Positions 62,737-64,000 of a stretch of 64,000 nt of DNA are shown piece by piece. The notes under the pieces were generated by a model. That model had not been told where the DNA came from and searched no databases. It saw only the letters and a list, made by a program, of their open reading frames with translations. How positions within the stretch are numbered: the stretch's first letter is position 1; each line of letters starts with the position of its first letter. This stretch comes from Azolla caroliniana. Lineage: Eukaryota; Plantae; Polypodiophyta. The stretch covers positions 6,138,001-6,202,000 of the forward strand of contig JBHGNT010000004.1 in the NCBI GenBank assembly GCA_043228905.1, in the 5' to 3' direction. The translations under genes were made by a program, and so were the position numbers.

Positions 62737-64000
62737 CTCGATTCCTTAGTCGTATGCAGAACTTCTGATTCGACTAGATTCTCTATGGACAATATGTTCG
62801 GGTCGGTCGTCAATATCTCGACTGAAGAGCCAACGTAGTTGACTTCCTCATGTCGGTTACTCCTCTGATCAACTCTCTGAGCTTTGTTTGTCCTTGACTT
62901 GAGTACCCGATAGTCGGCCTTGATGTGTCCCGGTTTCTTGCAGTAGTTGCAGATTCGGGTTTCCCGGGACTTGCTGCGCCTTCGCTGATTTGTCGGCGGT
63001 CGGGAAGAGCTTCTTCCCCGGTTGTTCGATCGGTCGGTCGAACCTTGTACTACATAGGCTTCTTCTGCCGAGTCTTTGGTGAAAGACTTTCTCCGAGCTG
63101 CTTCAGTCAAGATTGCACTTGTGACTTCGGAGTACTTGATGGCAGTCGTAGAAGCGTTGCACACAGTTGTAACGAAGGTTTCCCAAGAGGAGGGGAGACT
63201 GCTCATGAGTATGATTGCTCTGAGTTCATCCTCGATTGTCGTCCCCTGTGACGAGATTTGGGAGCTCAAACTTTCGTACTCGTTAAGGTGTGCCTGAACC
63301 GAATCGGAGTCTTTCATCCGCAAGTTGTAGAGGTGTCAGATCAAATACATCTTCGTTGAGGTGACCTTCTTTTCGTAGGTTTCCGACAACTTCTTCCAAA
63401 GTTCGAAGGCTGTCGTGCACGATTGCACTGTGAAGTACACTGACTCCGACAGGTGCATTTGAATCGTGGCGCGGACGATTCTGTCCAGCTTCTGCCACTC
63501 ATTTGCCTTGTATATTTCTGGAGCAGTTTCATTATCAATCGGATCGATCTGACCCTTGACTATAAGATAGTCCTGCATTTGCTCCTTCCAAAAATTGAAG
63601 TTCGAACTGTCGAACCTCCTTAGACTCATTTCTGGTGAGCCGGATGTTGATGCCATCAGATTTGGTTTCGGTTGACGAAGCTCGGTTCGGAGTTGACTAC
63701 GAACTTTGTTGGAGTGCAGCTGGTCGGCTCACCCGATATTGTTCTAGTCGGATTTGAACCCGAGTCGGTTCGGTTTTGGATATATGTATTGTTGAACTTG
63801 CTTGAATTGACTCCGGTAACTTGAGGGACATAACCGACTGGTCTCCCCGAATGTTGCCGAGTCGGAGTGAGCCCGGTTCGCTTCCGGATATATATGCCAA
63901 ATACCGATTATTGAAGCCGATTGTCTGGACCGATTCTGCTTCGGGTGACTGCAGTGACGAGAGAGACGGATCCAATTGATCCTCCCGAATGTCGATTAGT

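Larger units (their letters stand above)
54556..64000. repeat. 19.76-kb tandem repeat, unit 3 (cut by window end)
   Basis: Same junction sequence at 54530-54560 as at 34767-34797. Confidence 0.97.
58624..64000 (-). mobile_element. Copia B 5' half, copy 3 (cut by window end)
   Basis: INT/PR 58624-59543; gag 62737-63656. Confidence 0.88.

Noticed and set aside
34793-64000. Independent re-insertions of the same TE families
   Set aside because: Nesting, TSDs and decay mutations are identical, so this is segmental duplication rather than transposition.

Overview
Plant nuclear DNA. Bases 1-4.3 kb hold the 5' seven coding exons of RAE1 (WD40 mRNA export factor, minus strand; the gene runs off the left edge). 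From about 5.2 kb onward the window is a nested LTR-retrotransposon pile, mostly resolvable by LTR ends and target-site duplications (TSDs). It contains Copia A (5197-10635), Copia B (10777-25184, TSD GCTAG) and an older Copia C. Copia B carries a Tcn1/sushi-like chromovirus (13419-19099, TSD GATAC) and a 3.2-kb non-autonomous LTR element X (20020-23212, TSD CTCGA). Copia C carries two solo LTRs with 4-bp TSDs, one of which contains Copia D (28887-33650, TSD GATTT). The block 15032-34792 (about 19.76 kb) is tandemly repeated at least 2.5 times with a templated-filler junction. The most unusual features are: (1) element X has tRNA-Arg primer-binding-like sites at both inner LTR borders in opposite orientation, no adjacent PPT, and one 727-codon coiled-coil ORF; (2) the chromovirus has a self-priming PBS, a tRNA-like Pol III A/B-box module at its LTR end, and a gag-pol -1 frameshift pseudoknot. 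All coordinates were read by eye and tRNA comparisons are from memory; no database search was run.
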